This document shows, piece after piece, positions 49,435 to 57,945 of a DNA stretch of 64,000 nucleotides. The position numbers and the translations under genes were made by a program. How positions within the stretch are numbered: the stretch's first letter is position 1; each line of letters opens with the position of its first letter. Source of the stretch: an uncultured Planctomycetia bacterium (GTDB taxonomy: Bacteria; Omnitrophota; Gorgyraeia; JAFGHF01); the NCBI GenBank assembly GCA_964586605.1, contig CAZPGX010000002.1, forward strand, positions 11,648 through 75,647. Reading direction: 5' to 3'. The notes below the pieces were generated by a model. The model saw nothing but the letters and a program-made list of their open reading frames with translations. It did not search any database and was not told the DNA's origin.

Positions 49435-49898
49435 TTAGCGTCCGCTGGATTGCTTTGTTAGATTTATTTATTCAATTCTTTTCCCACTTCTCATTTACAA
49501 TTTTTTAAAATATTTTTGTTTGATAATACTGATAGAAAAAATTAACAATATCAAATAATTGATAGAAAAGAACGTGTTGAAAGGCAACAAATTAAGAGTG
49601 CTTGTTATTAATGCCTGAATATAACAATAGATAAAATATAAACAGACAAATGGCGCCGCAATTATAGCCAGAGTATTATAGAAAAATAAACCTATTGCTT
49701 CTAATAAGATTATGATTACGTAAAATAGAATAAGCATGAAGAATCTATTTGAAAAAATCGCTACTTCAAATGTTGGATTACCCAATGCCATCATACCAGT
49801 AATAAACATAAAAATTGAATGAAAGAGGATTATCATAGCATTAATTTTTAAATAAGTTTTCATTAAACATCTCTCCTTTTTATTATTTTTAATCTAAC
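49435..49898 (-). mobile_element. Orphan integron-like gene cassette with truncated attC
   Basis: Begins at core site GTTAGAT (49898-49892). Ends with the complementary inverse core ATCTAAC plus AAAGCAATCCAGCGGACGCTAA (49463-49435). Confidence 0.55.
49495..49863 (-). CDS. Hypothetical membrane protein (about 4 TM), very AT-rich
   Basis: AAAGGAG SD, hydrophobic stretches, bounded by cassette-like sites. Confidence 0.6.
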   Translation of the reverse strand: MKTYLKINAMIILFHSIFMFITGMMALGNPTFEVAIFSNRFFMLILFYVIIILLEAIGLFFYNTLAIIAAPFVCLYFIYCYIQALITSTLNLLPFNTFFSINYLILLIFSISIIKQKYFKKL

Positions 49899-50008
49899 AT
49901 ATAATAGACAAAGTTCGTTTTTTCTGTTGCTTTTTCTCTATTTTTGTTCAGTTGCCTAGTTAAATATGCTGTAATATTTTCTTCCATTTCGCTCTTTTAT
50001 AGAAAAGT

Positions 50009-50034
50009 AAAAAGGGGCCAAGCCCCTTTTACAC
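50009..50034. repeat. REP-like palindrome copy 2 / terminator after the four-helix-bundle gene
   Basis: AAAAAGGGGCCAAGCCCCTTTTACAC. Confidence 0.7.
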
Positions 50035-50054
50035 GACTAATTGTCGATATTGGC

Positions 50055-50396
50055 TCACTTTATTAAACCCGAAAGCATCTTACAGATATCTTCAATCTCT
50101 TTCTTCAGTAATTCGTTTTTGGGCATATCAACAAGGTCCTTGCGTTTGCAAAGCTCCAAAATGGGAACACATTCAAACGCAGAACCCCGGGCTATTCTAA
50201 AGAAGTTAACTCTATCCGCCTTATGGTATCGGCCATTGCCTTCTGCAATGTTCGTTGAAATTGATAAAGCTGCTCGATTTAATTGGTCAACTAGATAATA
50301 ATTGCCTTTTGGAAAATCCTTCGTTAATTCGCATATTGCATCTGCGAAATCAACTGCTTTTTGATATACATCAAGTTTTTCAAATATAAATGCCAT
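50055..50396 (-). CDS. Four-helix-bundle protein (23S rRNA-IVP / Avd-like family)
   Basis: FEKLDVYQKA, FPK, LVDQLNRAALSISTNIAEG, FFRIARGSAFEC, KMLSGLI. Confidence 0.9.
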   Translation of the reverse strand: MAFIFEKLDVYQKAVDFADAICELTKDFPKGNYYLVDQLNRAALSISTNIAEGNGRYHKADRVNFFRIARGSAFECVPILELCKRKDLVDMPKNELLKKEIEDICKMLSGLIK

Positions 50397-50401
50397 GTTT
50401 T

Positions 50402-50477
50402 GAAAATAGAAAATCGAGATTTGATCGAACCGAAAATCTTTTCCCAGCTATTTTCAACTATCGATTTTCGATTCTCT
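50402..50477. repeat. Degenerate inverted heptamer arrays upstream of the four-helix gene
   Basis: GAAAATA GAAAATC GAGATTT faces CTATTTT CAACTAT CGATTTT CGATTCT. Confidence 0.55.
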
Positions 50478-50502
50478 ACCAATTTCTGGCTATGCCAGAA
50501 AT

Positions 50503-50577
50503 TGGTTGCCCCGTCTGGACTCGAACCAGAAATAACTGATCCAGAATCAGTCGTGTTACCAATTACACCACAGGGCA
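50503..50577 (-). tRNA. tRNA-Gln(CUG)
   Basis: TGCCCTGTGGTGTAATTGGTAACACG-ACTGA-TTCTGGA-TCAGT...GGTTCGAGTCC...GGGGCAACCA; U1-A72. Confidence 0.95.
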
Positions 50578-50587
50578 ATGTGAAAAG

Positions 50588-50614
50588 GTGTGAAAAGGGG
50601 CCTGGCCCCTTTTT
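50588..50614. repeat. REP-like palindrome copy 3 (inverted relative to copy 2)
   Basis: GTGTGAAAAGGGGCCTGGCCCCTTTTT, immediately after the PilZ stop. Confidence 0.7.
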
Positions 50615-50615
50615 G

Positions 50616-50984
50616 TTATGCGGAACGATATTTCTTGCCCATACTTAAGAAGTGTCTGGCTGTCTGGACCATTCTCTTCTGGTCAAAGGTCTGCATTTTG
50701 GTAAATTTCACGCCGACGTCGTAGATCTCTCTTCCCTCTTTGGTGCTTAAGGCGCTAATCCAGACTACCTGCCCTCTGGCAGCGATAGGCATTGTATCAA
50801 AAGGGGTCTCAACATATAACTCTAAAGGCGTGCCTATCTTTAGTTTTTCATATACAGGGAAACGGATACCTCCTTCGCTAAAGTCTTTGGTGATAGTTTT
50901 TTTAGTTGCAGGTGTTTTCCCGCCCATTTTATAAGTAACTACCACCGGCGCCTGTATGCGGATATATTTCCTTTTCTCCTGCAT
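50616..50984 (-). CDS. PilZ-domain protein
   Basis: RKYIR (RxxxR) and DFSEGG (DxSxxG); GQVVW, VGVKF. Confidence 0.88.
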   Translation of the reverse strand: MQEKRKYIRIQAPVVVTYKMGGKTPATKKTITKDFSEGGIRFPVYEKLKIGTPLELYVETPFDTMPIAARGQVVWISALSTKEGREIYDVGVKFTKMQTFDQKRMVQTARHFLSMGKKYRSA

Positions 50985-51002
50985 CGTTCCTCCCTCCTGG
51001 CT

Positions 51003-52295
51003 CTATTGGCCCATTAATTTCAGGGTTTCGGTTAATCTTTTTAAAACCTTCTCCCTGCCTAAAACCGACATCAACTCAAACAAACCCGGCCCTACCCTTT
51101 TGCCTGTAAGCGCTACCCTGACCGGATGAATTAGCTCGCCTGCGCGAATACCCTCATTGGCAATCAATTGACGGCAGGCGGTTTCTGCTCTCTCTGTATC
51201 AAAGGAGTCTGTTTTTTTTAGGCTTGCGATTAACTTATTGAAAATATCCTTATTTTTTTGCTCCTTAAGCAAAAACTCTTTTGCCTCGGGGGTAAATTTG
51301 ATTTTCTCTTCAAAGAAAAAGGCGGCCTGCTCGGCAAATTCGGAGAGTTTCTTTATTCTCATTTTAAGCAACTGAATAATCTCAGAGGCTTTCTCTTTAT
51401 CGTAACCCTGCTTGATATATCCCCTCTCAAGCAAAAAAGGAGATACCCTCTCAAGCAGTTGTTCTGCGCTTAACTGTTGAATATACCGGCCGTTCATCCA
51501 CTCTAATTTCTCCGGATTGAAGTAAGCTGCGGTCTTGAGCACCCTCTCTAAGGTAAATTCCTTAACCGTCTCTTCTTGCGAGAGGACCTCGCGATTCGCT
51601 CCCGGCGACCAGCCCAAAAGGGCCAGGAAATTAAACAGGGCTTCGGGCAAATAGCCCTGGTCTCTGTAATAAGAAACCGGCATAGCCCCCTTTCGTTTGG
51701 AAAGGCGGGAACGGTCGCTGGCTACAATCAGGGGGATATGCGCAAATTCAGGGATAGCAAATCCCAGCGCTTCATAAATGGCGAGCTGCTTCGGCGTATT
51801 GGAGATATGGTCTTCGCCGCGGATAACATGGCTGATGCGCATATCGTGGTCGTCCAGGCAGCAGGCAAAATTATAGGTAGGCGTGCCGTCGGATTTTATT
51901 AATACCTGGTCTTTGAAGGAGCCTGCGGAAAATTTAATCTTACCGCGGATTAAATCCGTAAACTCAAAATCGTGCCGGGGAACTTTTAAGATGATGGCTG
52001 CGCCTTCGGTATAGGCCTTTTGTGCTTTGAGAAGTTTCTGCGCCTGCTCCCGGTAGAGGCTGCTTCGCTTGCTTTGAAAATACGGCCCCTCATCCCAATT
52101 AAGCCCGAGCCATTTTAAGTCCTCGAGAATCTGGCCTAAGTAGGTATCTTGCGAGCGGGCCCTGTCGGTATCTTCGATTCTTAAAATAAAGGCGCCTTTT
52201 TCATGGCGGGCAAACAGCCAATTGAATAAGGCAGTCCTTACTCCCCCAATATGAAGAAACCCCGTCGGGGAAGGAGCAAATCTAACTCTAACCAT
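51003..52295 (-). CDS. gltX: Glutamyl-tRNA synthetase (compact)
   Basis: RFAPSPTGFLHIGG, LRIEDTD, PTYNFA, HVIRGEDH, LSKR, anticodon domain PVRVALTG...PGLFE. Confidence 0.93.
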   Translation of the reverse strand: MVRVRFAPSPTGFLHIGGVRTALFNWLFARHEKGAFILRIEDTDRARSQDTYLGQILEDLKWLGLNWDEGPYFQSKRSSLYREQAQKLLKAQKAYTEGAAIILKVPRHDFEFTDLIRGKIKFSAGSFKDQVLIKSDGTPTYNFACCLDDHDMRISHVIRGEDHISNTPKQLAIYEALGFAIPEFAHIPLIVASDRSRLSKRKGAMPVSYYRDQGYLPEALFNFLALLGWSPGANREVLSQEETVKEFTLERVLKTAAYFNPEKLEWMNGRYIQQLSAEQLLERVSPFLLERGYIKQGYDKEKASEIIQLLKMRIKKLSEFAEQAAFFFEEKIKFTPEAKEFLLKEQKNKDIFNKLIASLKKTDSFDTERAETACRQLIANEGIRAGELIHPVRVALTGKRVGPGLFELMSVLGREKVLKRLTETLKLMGQ

Positions 52296-52824
52296 TTAAT
52301 TCTGTCCCTACCTTAAACGCTTTCTTATTTAACTCTACTATCGTTTGTCCCTTCGGATTAAATATCTCCTCTATTGCTTTTTCAAAAAATGAGCTTTTTA
52401 AAAAAGCGGCATTACTTATATAAACCCCGAGAGCAATTATATTAGCTACCTGTTTATTGCCTAATTCAGTTGCTTGTTTAGTAAAATCTCTATTAATTAC
52501 CTTTAAATCCCCGCGAATACATAAATCGCCTATAGTCCCTTTATTTATTACCACCAAACCCTTTCTTTTAACCCGGGCAATAAATCTATTTACTGAAGGG
52601 ACATTCATTAAAATTGCATCGTCGGAAAACTCTACATAAGGAGAAGCTATGCCCTCATCGGAAATAACCACCATACAATGGGCTGTTCCTCCGCGCATCT
52701 CTGCTCCATAAGAAGGGAGCCAACTAACCTGCTTTTTTTGCATTAATCCTGCTTGAGCTAAAATCTTCCCCAATACTAAAACCCCCTGGCCCCCAAAGCC
52801 TGAACAAATAATTCTCTTTTCCAT
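52288..52824 (-). CDS. 2-oxoacid:ferredoxin oxidoreductase gamma subunit
   Basis: SGFGGQGV, PSYGAEMRGGTA, ANIIALG. Confidence 0.92.
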   Translation of the reverse strand: MEKRIICSGFGGQGVLVLGKILAQAGLMQKKQVSWLPSYGAEMRGGTAHCMVVISDEGIASPYVEFSDDAILMNVPSVNRFIARVKRKGLVVINKGTIGDLCIRGDLKVINRDFTKQATELGNKQVANIIALGVYISNAAFLKSSFFEKAIEEIFNPKGQTIVELNKKAFKVGTELNG

Positions 52825-53543
52825 TATTTGACCTTTCCCAAGGGAAAGATTGTTAACATCTTTTCTTCAATCCAATCATAAGCCTCTTTGGGCGTGAGAT
52901 GCCAGGCAGTGGGACAAGGAGATATTACCTCTACTAAAGAAAAGCCTCTCCCCTCTATCTGATTTAAAAAAGCCTGTCTTATTGCCTCTTTTGCCTCTTT
53001 TATCGCGGAAGAGTTGTGGATTGAAACCCTCACTAAGCTATATACTCCTTCTAACGACTTCAGTAACTCGCATACCTTAAGAGGGAAACCTTCGCCTAAA
53101 TCCTCTCTTCTCCCAAAAGGGGTGGTTGTAGTTATCTGTCCTTCGATTGTCGTAGGAGCCATCTGCCCCCCGGTCATACCGTAAACTGCATTATTAATAA
53201 AAATAGTAGTTAGTTTCTCCCCCCGGTTAGCTGCATGAATCGTCTCGGCCATGCCGATAGAAGCCAGGTCTCCATCTCCTTGATAAGTAAATACTATGTT
53301 TTCGGGATGGGTGCGTTTTATGCCCGTGGCTACTGCCAATCCTCTCCCATGAGCAGATTCAGTAACATCGAAATTCCAATATTTATAAGCGATTACCGCA
53401 CACCCTACCGGAGCAATTCCAACAACAATCTCTCTTATATCCAGCTCATCGACTATTTGAGCTATGAGTTTATGCGTCAAGGTGTGTCCGCATCCTGGAC
53501 AATAATGAAAAGGGGCTTTTCTTAACGCTTTTTGCTCATCCAT
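52824..53543 (-). CDS. 2-oxoacid:ferredoxin oxidoreductase beta (TPP-binding) subunit
   Basis: HYCPGCGH, PVGC, AHGR, YQGDGDLASIG, NNAVYGMTGGQMAPT, SPCPT. Confidence 0.93.
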   Translation of the reverse strand: MDEQKALRKAPFHYCPGCGHTLTHKLIAQIVDELDIREIVVGIAPVGCAVIAYKYWNFDVTESAHGRGLAVATGIKRTHPENIVFTYQGDGDLASIGMAETIHAANRGEKLTTIFINNAVYGMTGGQMAPTTIEGQITTTTPFGRREDLGEGFPLKVCELLKSLEGVYSLVRVSIHNSSAIKEAKEAIRQAFLNQIEGRGFSLVEVISPCPTAWHLTPKEAYDWIEEKMLTIFPLGKVK

Positions 53544-54592
53544 TTTATCCTCTTTATTATCACCTGAGATTGGGGTATCTCCCCTCCTAATGTTCCATAG
53601 AAGTCTGTCTTTATATCTTTATCTAAAGACAAGCGCACATCCTCTAACATCTGCCCCATAGACATCTCTATTACTAAAATATTTTTAGTTTGGGGGCCTA
53701 TCTTCTTAAAGGCCTTCTTGGGAAAAGGCCACAAAGAAATAGGTCTAATCATCCCTACTTTTCTACCCTCACCTCTTGCTTTTCGCATAGCCTCTTTTGC
53801 GATTCGGGCTACCGAACCATAGGCCACTAAAATAGTCTGCGCTTCTTGTAAGTTTTCCTCTTCCCAGAGCTGCTCTTGAGCATAAATCTCTTCATATTTC
53901 TTTTGTAAATGAGCCAGGTGCGCTACCATTTCCTCTTTACTCATAAAAAGAGAACGAATTACACGAGGTTGTCTGCCTTTACATCCCGTCAAGGCCCATG
54001 ATTTCGTATTTCGTACTTTGTATTTCGTATTTCGTATTTTACGATTCACGAGCAATGGTTCCATCATTTGACCTATTGTAGCATCGGTCAAAATCATACA
54101 AGGATTACGATATTTATCCGCCAAGCAGAAAGCCTTCTTTACTAAATCGCTTGCTTCCTGGACACTGTTTGGAGCCAGGACAATCAAATGATAATCGCCA
54201 TGCCCCCCACCTTTAGTAGCCTGGAAATAATCTCCCTGGGCAGGAGTTATATATCCCAGGCCCGGGCCTACACGCATCACATTTACAATCACTGCCGGAA
54301 GTTCGCAGCCTGCTAAATAGGAAATCCCTTCCTGTTTGAGGCTTATCCCGGGGGAAGAAGAAGAAGTCATTGCCCTTTCTCCCGCAACTGAAGCGCCAAA
54401 TACCATATTAATAGCGGCAATTTCAGATTCTGCCTGAATAAAGACTCTCCCCTTTTTAGGCATATTTTCTGCCATATAGGCGGTGAGTTCATTCTGAGGT
54501 GTTATAGGATAGCCGGCATAGAACCTGCAACCGGCTGATATAGCAGCTTCAGCCATCGCTTCATTGCCAGTCATTAATACTTTCTTGGACAT
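53522..54592 (-). CDS. 2-oxoacid:ferredoxin oxidoreductase alpha subunit (Vor-type)
   Basis: GNEAMAE, GYPITPQ, QAESEIAA, SSSSPGISLKQE, GGGHGDY, RPISLWPFP. Confidence 0.93.
   Translation of the reverse strand: MSKKVLMTGNEAMAEAAISAGCRFYAGYPITPQNELTAYMAENMPKKGRVFIQAESEIAAINMVFGASVAGERAMTSSSSPGISLKQEGISYLAGCELPAVIVNVMRVGPGLGYITPAQGDYFQATKGGGHGDYHLIVLAPNSVQEASDLVKKAFCLADKYRNPCMILTDATIGQMMEPLLVNRKIRNTKYKVRNTKSWALTGCKGRQPRVIRSLFMSKEEMVAHLAHLQKKYEEIYAQEQLWEEENLQEAQTILVAYGSVARIAKEAMRKARGEGRKVGMIRPISLWPFPKKAFKKIGPQTKNILVIEMSMGQMLEDVRLSLDKDIKTDFYGTLGGEIPQSQVIIKRIKWMSKKR
54001..54035. repeat. Heptamer array (ATTTCGT)x5 inside the oxidoreductase alpha gene
   Basis: ATTTCGT ATTTCGT ACTTTGT ATTTCGT ATTTCGT; lies within KIRNTKYKVRNTK. 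Confidence 0.85.
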
Positions 54593-54593
54593 C

Positions 54594-56516
54594 TTAATTC
54601 GCTTTTTCTTTGTGATAATTCATGTTTTTTAATTCATTAAGCACAGTGTGCACAATGCCCTTGGCTGTCAGACCGTACTTTTCTAAAAGAAATTCGCGTC
54701 TTGCCTGCGGGATAAATGCGCAGGGCAAGGCAATCCTTTTAACTTTTACCCCGGAAATTTTTTCTCTTTCTAAAAGTTCTAAGACTGCCGAGCCAAAGCC
54801 GCCGGCAGAGACCCCTTCTTCTGCCACTACCAACATCTTGAATCTGGCACAGAGTTCCTTAATTAGCAGCTCATCCAGCGGTTTAGCAAAGCGGGCATTG
54901 ATTACGGCACATTCGGTGCCCCGGGCAGCCAAAATCCTGGCGACCTCAAGGCTGGGATAAACCATGCTGCCTAAAGCGATAATAGCCAGGTGTTTTCCTT
55001 CGCGTAAGACCTCGGCCCTGCCGTATTCAATCCTGGCCGGCCGGTAATCCTCAAGGCCTAAATCCTTTTCCAGCGGAACCCCGCCCTTGGGGTATCTGAT
55101 TGCTATCGGACGAGAACCCCTTAAGGCAAACTCCAACATCGCCTCTAATTCTTCTGCGTCCTTCGGAGCCGTAAGCACTAAGTTGGGGATATGCCTCAAA
55201 TAAGCAAGGTCAAAGATGCCCTGATGGGTAGCGCCGTCTTCTCCGACGAGACCTGCGCGGTCAAGACATAAGATTACCGGCAACTCCTGCAAGGCTACAT
55301 CGTGGATTATCTGATCATAGCCCCGCTGCAAGAATGTGGAGTAGATAGCCACAAAGGGCCGCAGGCCCATGCGGGCTAATCCGGCGGCAAAACCTACGGC
55401 GTGGCCTTCGGCCATGCCCACATCATAAAACCTCTGCGGAAAGACCTTGCCAAATTTATCCAATCCCGTGCCTTCGGGCATAGCCGCGGTAATAGCAACT
55501 ACTCTTTTATCGTGCCGGGCCAGATGAATCAATTTCTGGCTAAAAACTTGTGTAAAGGTCTTCTTGCCCCCTGCCGCCTTGCCTGAACCAAAGGCGCTTG
55601 AACTTACTCCGTGAAATCTCTCAGGAAGCTCTTCCGCCCGCAAATAGCCTTTGCCTTTTACTGTTATGGCATGAACAAGTACCGGGCCCTGCAGCTGCAA
55701 TACATTCTTTAAGGTGTGGACGATCTCTTCAATATTATGCCCGTCGATGGGGCCAAAGTAGCGAAAACCCAGTTCTTCAAACAGCGTTCCCGGCACAAGA
55801 AGGTTCTTCAGGCCTTCCTCGAGGTGTTTGGCGGCGGAAAGAAGCTTTTTCCCAACACGCGGGACTCTTTTGACTAAGTTTTCTATATCAGCCCTGATGC
55901 GGTTATAAATAGGCATAGTAATTATGCGGTTAAGATAGTGGCTGAGTGCGCCTACGCTTTTTGAGATAGCCATTTTATTATCGTTGACGATTACCACAAG
56001 GTCTTTTTTCAGCTGTCCGGCGTGGTTTAAGGCCTCGAGGGCCATTCCTCCGCCTAGGGAGGCATCGCCGATCACCACTGCTATCTTCAAACGCCGGGGC
56101 TGCGTCCTGTCTTTGTTCTCTCCCGCGCAGGCGCAGGCCAATCCTAAGGCCGTGGAAATAGAAGTGGAGCCATGCCCGACGGTAAAGGTATCATAAATAC
56201 TCTCATCTTTGTTCGGAAAGCCGCTTAACCCCTGCCACTGGCGAAGCGTCTTTAGCCTCTTGCGCCGCCCGGTTAAAATCTTATGGGCATAGGCCTGATG
56301 CCCGACATCCCAGATGAGCTTATCTTTTGGCGTATCCAGACAATAATGCAGGGCAACGGCCAACTCTACTGCGCCGAGGCTAGAGGCTAAATGCCCGCCG
56401 GTGCGGGAGACTGTCTCAATAATCTCCCGACGAATCTCCTGCACCAATTGAGGCAGCTTTCTTAAGGGGAGTTTTTTTAAATCTGCTGGATTCTTAATGT
56501 TTTCTAATAAACCCAT
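54594..56516 (-). CDS. dxs: 1-deoxy-D-xylulose-5-phosphate synthase
   Basis: GGHLASSLG, WDVGHQAY.HK, YFGPIDGH, TAAMPEGTG, YSTFLQR, DRAGLVGEDGATH. Confidence 0.97.
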   Translation of the reverse strand: MGLLENIKNPADLKKLPLRKLPQLVQEIRREIIETVSRTGGHLASSLGAVELAVALHYCLDTPKDKLIWDVGHQAYAHKILTGRRKRLKTLRQWQGLSGFPNKDESIYDTFTVGHGSTSISTALGLACACAGENKDRTQPRRLKIAVVIGDASLGGGMALEALNHAGQLKKDLVVIVNDNKMAISKSVGALSHYLNRIITMPIYNRIRADIENLVKRVPRVGKKLLSAAKHLEEGLKNLLVPGTLFEELGFRYFGPIDGHNIEEIVHTLKNVLQLQGPVLVHAITVKGKGYLRAEELPERFHGVSSSAFGSGKAAGGKKTFTQVFSQKLIHLARHDKRVVAITAAMPEGTGLDKFGKVFPQRFYDVGMAEGHAVGFAAGLARMGLRPFVAIYSTFLQRGYDQIIHDVALQELPVILCLDRAGLVGEDGATHQGIFDLAYLRHIPNLVLTAPKDAEELEAMLEFALRGSRPIAIRYPKGGVPLEKDLGLEDYRPARIEYGRAEVLREGKHLAIIALGSMVYPSLEVARILAARGTECAVINARFAKPLDELLIKELCARFKMLVVAEEGVSAGGFGSAVLELLEREKISGVKVKRIALPCAFIPQARREFLLEKYGLTAKGIVHTVLNELKNMNYHKEKAN

Positions 56517-56521
56517 CTTGC

Positions 56522-56737
56522 CTACTCTAAAGGTTTTGTTTCCCAGCCTTCGCCTTTTTTGCTTAAGAGCTGAATCTTCTTCTGGGCTGCCTGCAGGGTC
56601 TTATGGCAAAACCGCGAAAGCCTTACCCCTTCTTCATATCTCTTTAAAGAGTCGTCCAGAGAGAGTTTTCCCGATTCCAGCTCTTCCACAATCTTTTCTA
56701 ATTTTTTGAAGGCCTCTTCAAATCGCACCTCTGCCAT
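56522..56737 (-). CDS. xseB: Exodeoxyribonuclease VII small subunit
   Basis: FEEA..KLEKIVEELE..LSLDDSL..YEEG. Confidence 0.95.
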   Translation of the reverse strand: MAEVRFEEAFKKLEKIVEELESGKLSLDDSLKRYEEGVRLSRFCHKTLQAAQKKIQLLSKKGEGWETKPLE

Positions 56738-56738
56738 C

Positions 56739-57941
56739 TTATAACATCTCCTCTATTTTACTTATTAAAGCCCCATCACTTAATCTTGTTTTAATTTTGA
56801 GGCCTATTTTAAGTGAACGGGTATTTTTTATTATTTTCTCATCGGCTGCCATTGAGGTAATGCTATAGCCGCGGCCCAAAATATTTAACGGGCTTAACGC
56901 TTGGAGCTTCCCTACTACTACATTATAGCGCTCTTGATAAATCGCTCCTAAGTGCTTGAGTTTTATCGCCAGGCCCGAGGCCAGTTCATCAACCCTTTGC
57001 TGATACTGTTCTATTAAGTCCATGGGCCTTCTAAAGGCATATCTTTCTCGAAAGGCCTCTAGTCTATGCTGCCAGAACTCAACTGTGTTAGATACGCTAA
57101 GATTAAGGCGGGAATGTAGATTCTCTATTTTATCAAGAAGTTCCTGCTTATGTACAATTACCTGTTCTGCTGCAGCTGAAGGAGTAGGTGCTCGTAAGTC
57201 GGCAACAAAATCAGATATAGTATAGTCTATTTCATGGCCTACGGCCGAAATCACAGGTATCTTTGAGCGAAAAATTGCCCGCGCAACTTCCTCCTCGTTA
57301 AAGGCCCAAAGGTCTTCTAGGCTTCCGCCGCCGCGGCCGACAATTAAAACATCCGCTTTGCCAAATTGGTTAAATTCATCGATGGCCCGGGCAATTTCTT
57401 CTGCTGCGCTCGCGCCTTGAACTCTTACCGGATTTAAGGTAATTTCCAAATTGGCAAATCTCCTATTCAAAACATGTCTGATGTCCTGAAAGGCTGCTCC
57501 GGTGGGAGAAGTAATTACTCCTATGCGCCGAGGAAGAAATGGAATGGGTTTTTTGTGTTTTTCATCAAAGAGGCCTTCTTGCTTCAAGCGCTCTTTAAGT
57601 TGCTCAAAGGCAAGCTGCAGGGCGCCTGCGCCTTTGGGCTCTATCTTTAAGACATTAATCTGATACTGCCCGCTTTTCTCATATATAGTAATTCGGCCCA
57701 GGCACACCGCATGCATTCCGTCTCTGGGTTCAAATTTCAAGCCTTTATTTACATTTCTGAATAAAACTGCCCTTAAGACGCTGTCGGCGTCTTTCAGGCT
57801 GAAATACATATGCCCGGATGAATGCAGTTTAAAATTCGAAACCTCACCCTCAACCCAAATTGTGGCAAATCGTTCCTCTAAAAGGGCTTTGACACTGCGC
57901 GTTAACTGGGAAACTGTATAGATATGTCTTTTTTCTGCCAT
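56739..57941 (-). CDS. xseA: Exodeoxyribonuclease VII large subunit
   Basis: GEVSN, SGHMYFSLKD, ITSPTGAA, RGGGSLEDLWAFN, VGHEID, RAPTPSAAAE. Confidence 0.97.
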   Translation of the reverse strand: MAEKRHIYTVSQLTRSVKALLEERFATIWVEGEVSNFKLHSSGHMYFSLKDADSVLRAVLFRNVNKGLKFEPRDGMHAVCLGRITIYEKSGQYQINVLKIEPKGAGALQLAFEQLKERLKQEGLFDEKHKKPIPFLPRRIGVITSPTGAAFQDIRHVLNRRFANLEITLNPVRVQGASAAEEIARAIDEFNQFGKADVLIVGRGGGSLEDLWAFNEEEVARAIFRSKIPVISAVGHEIDYTISDFVADLRAPTPSAAAEQVIVHKQELLDKIENLHSRLNLSVSNTVEFWQHRLEAFRERYAFRRPMDLIEQYQQRVDELASGLAIKLKHLGAIYQERYNVVVGKLQALSPLNILGRGYSITSMAADEKIIKNTRSLKIGLKIKTRLSDGALISKIEEML

Positions 57942-57945
57942 CAGA

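Noticed and set aside
50055-50396. Diversity-generating retroelement suggested by the Avd-like gene
   Set aside because: No reverse transcriptase and no TR/VR repeat pair with adenine-specific mismatches were seen in the window.
50324-50648. ORFs 50324..50578 (-) and 50361..50648 (+)
   Set aside because: They are translations of tRNA-Gln and the repeat arrays.
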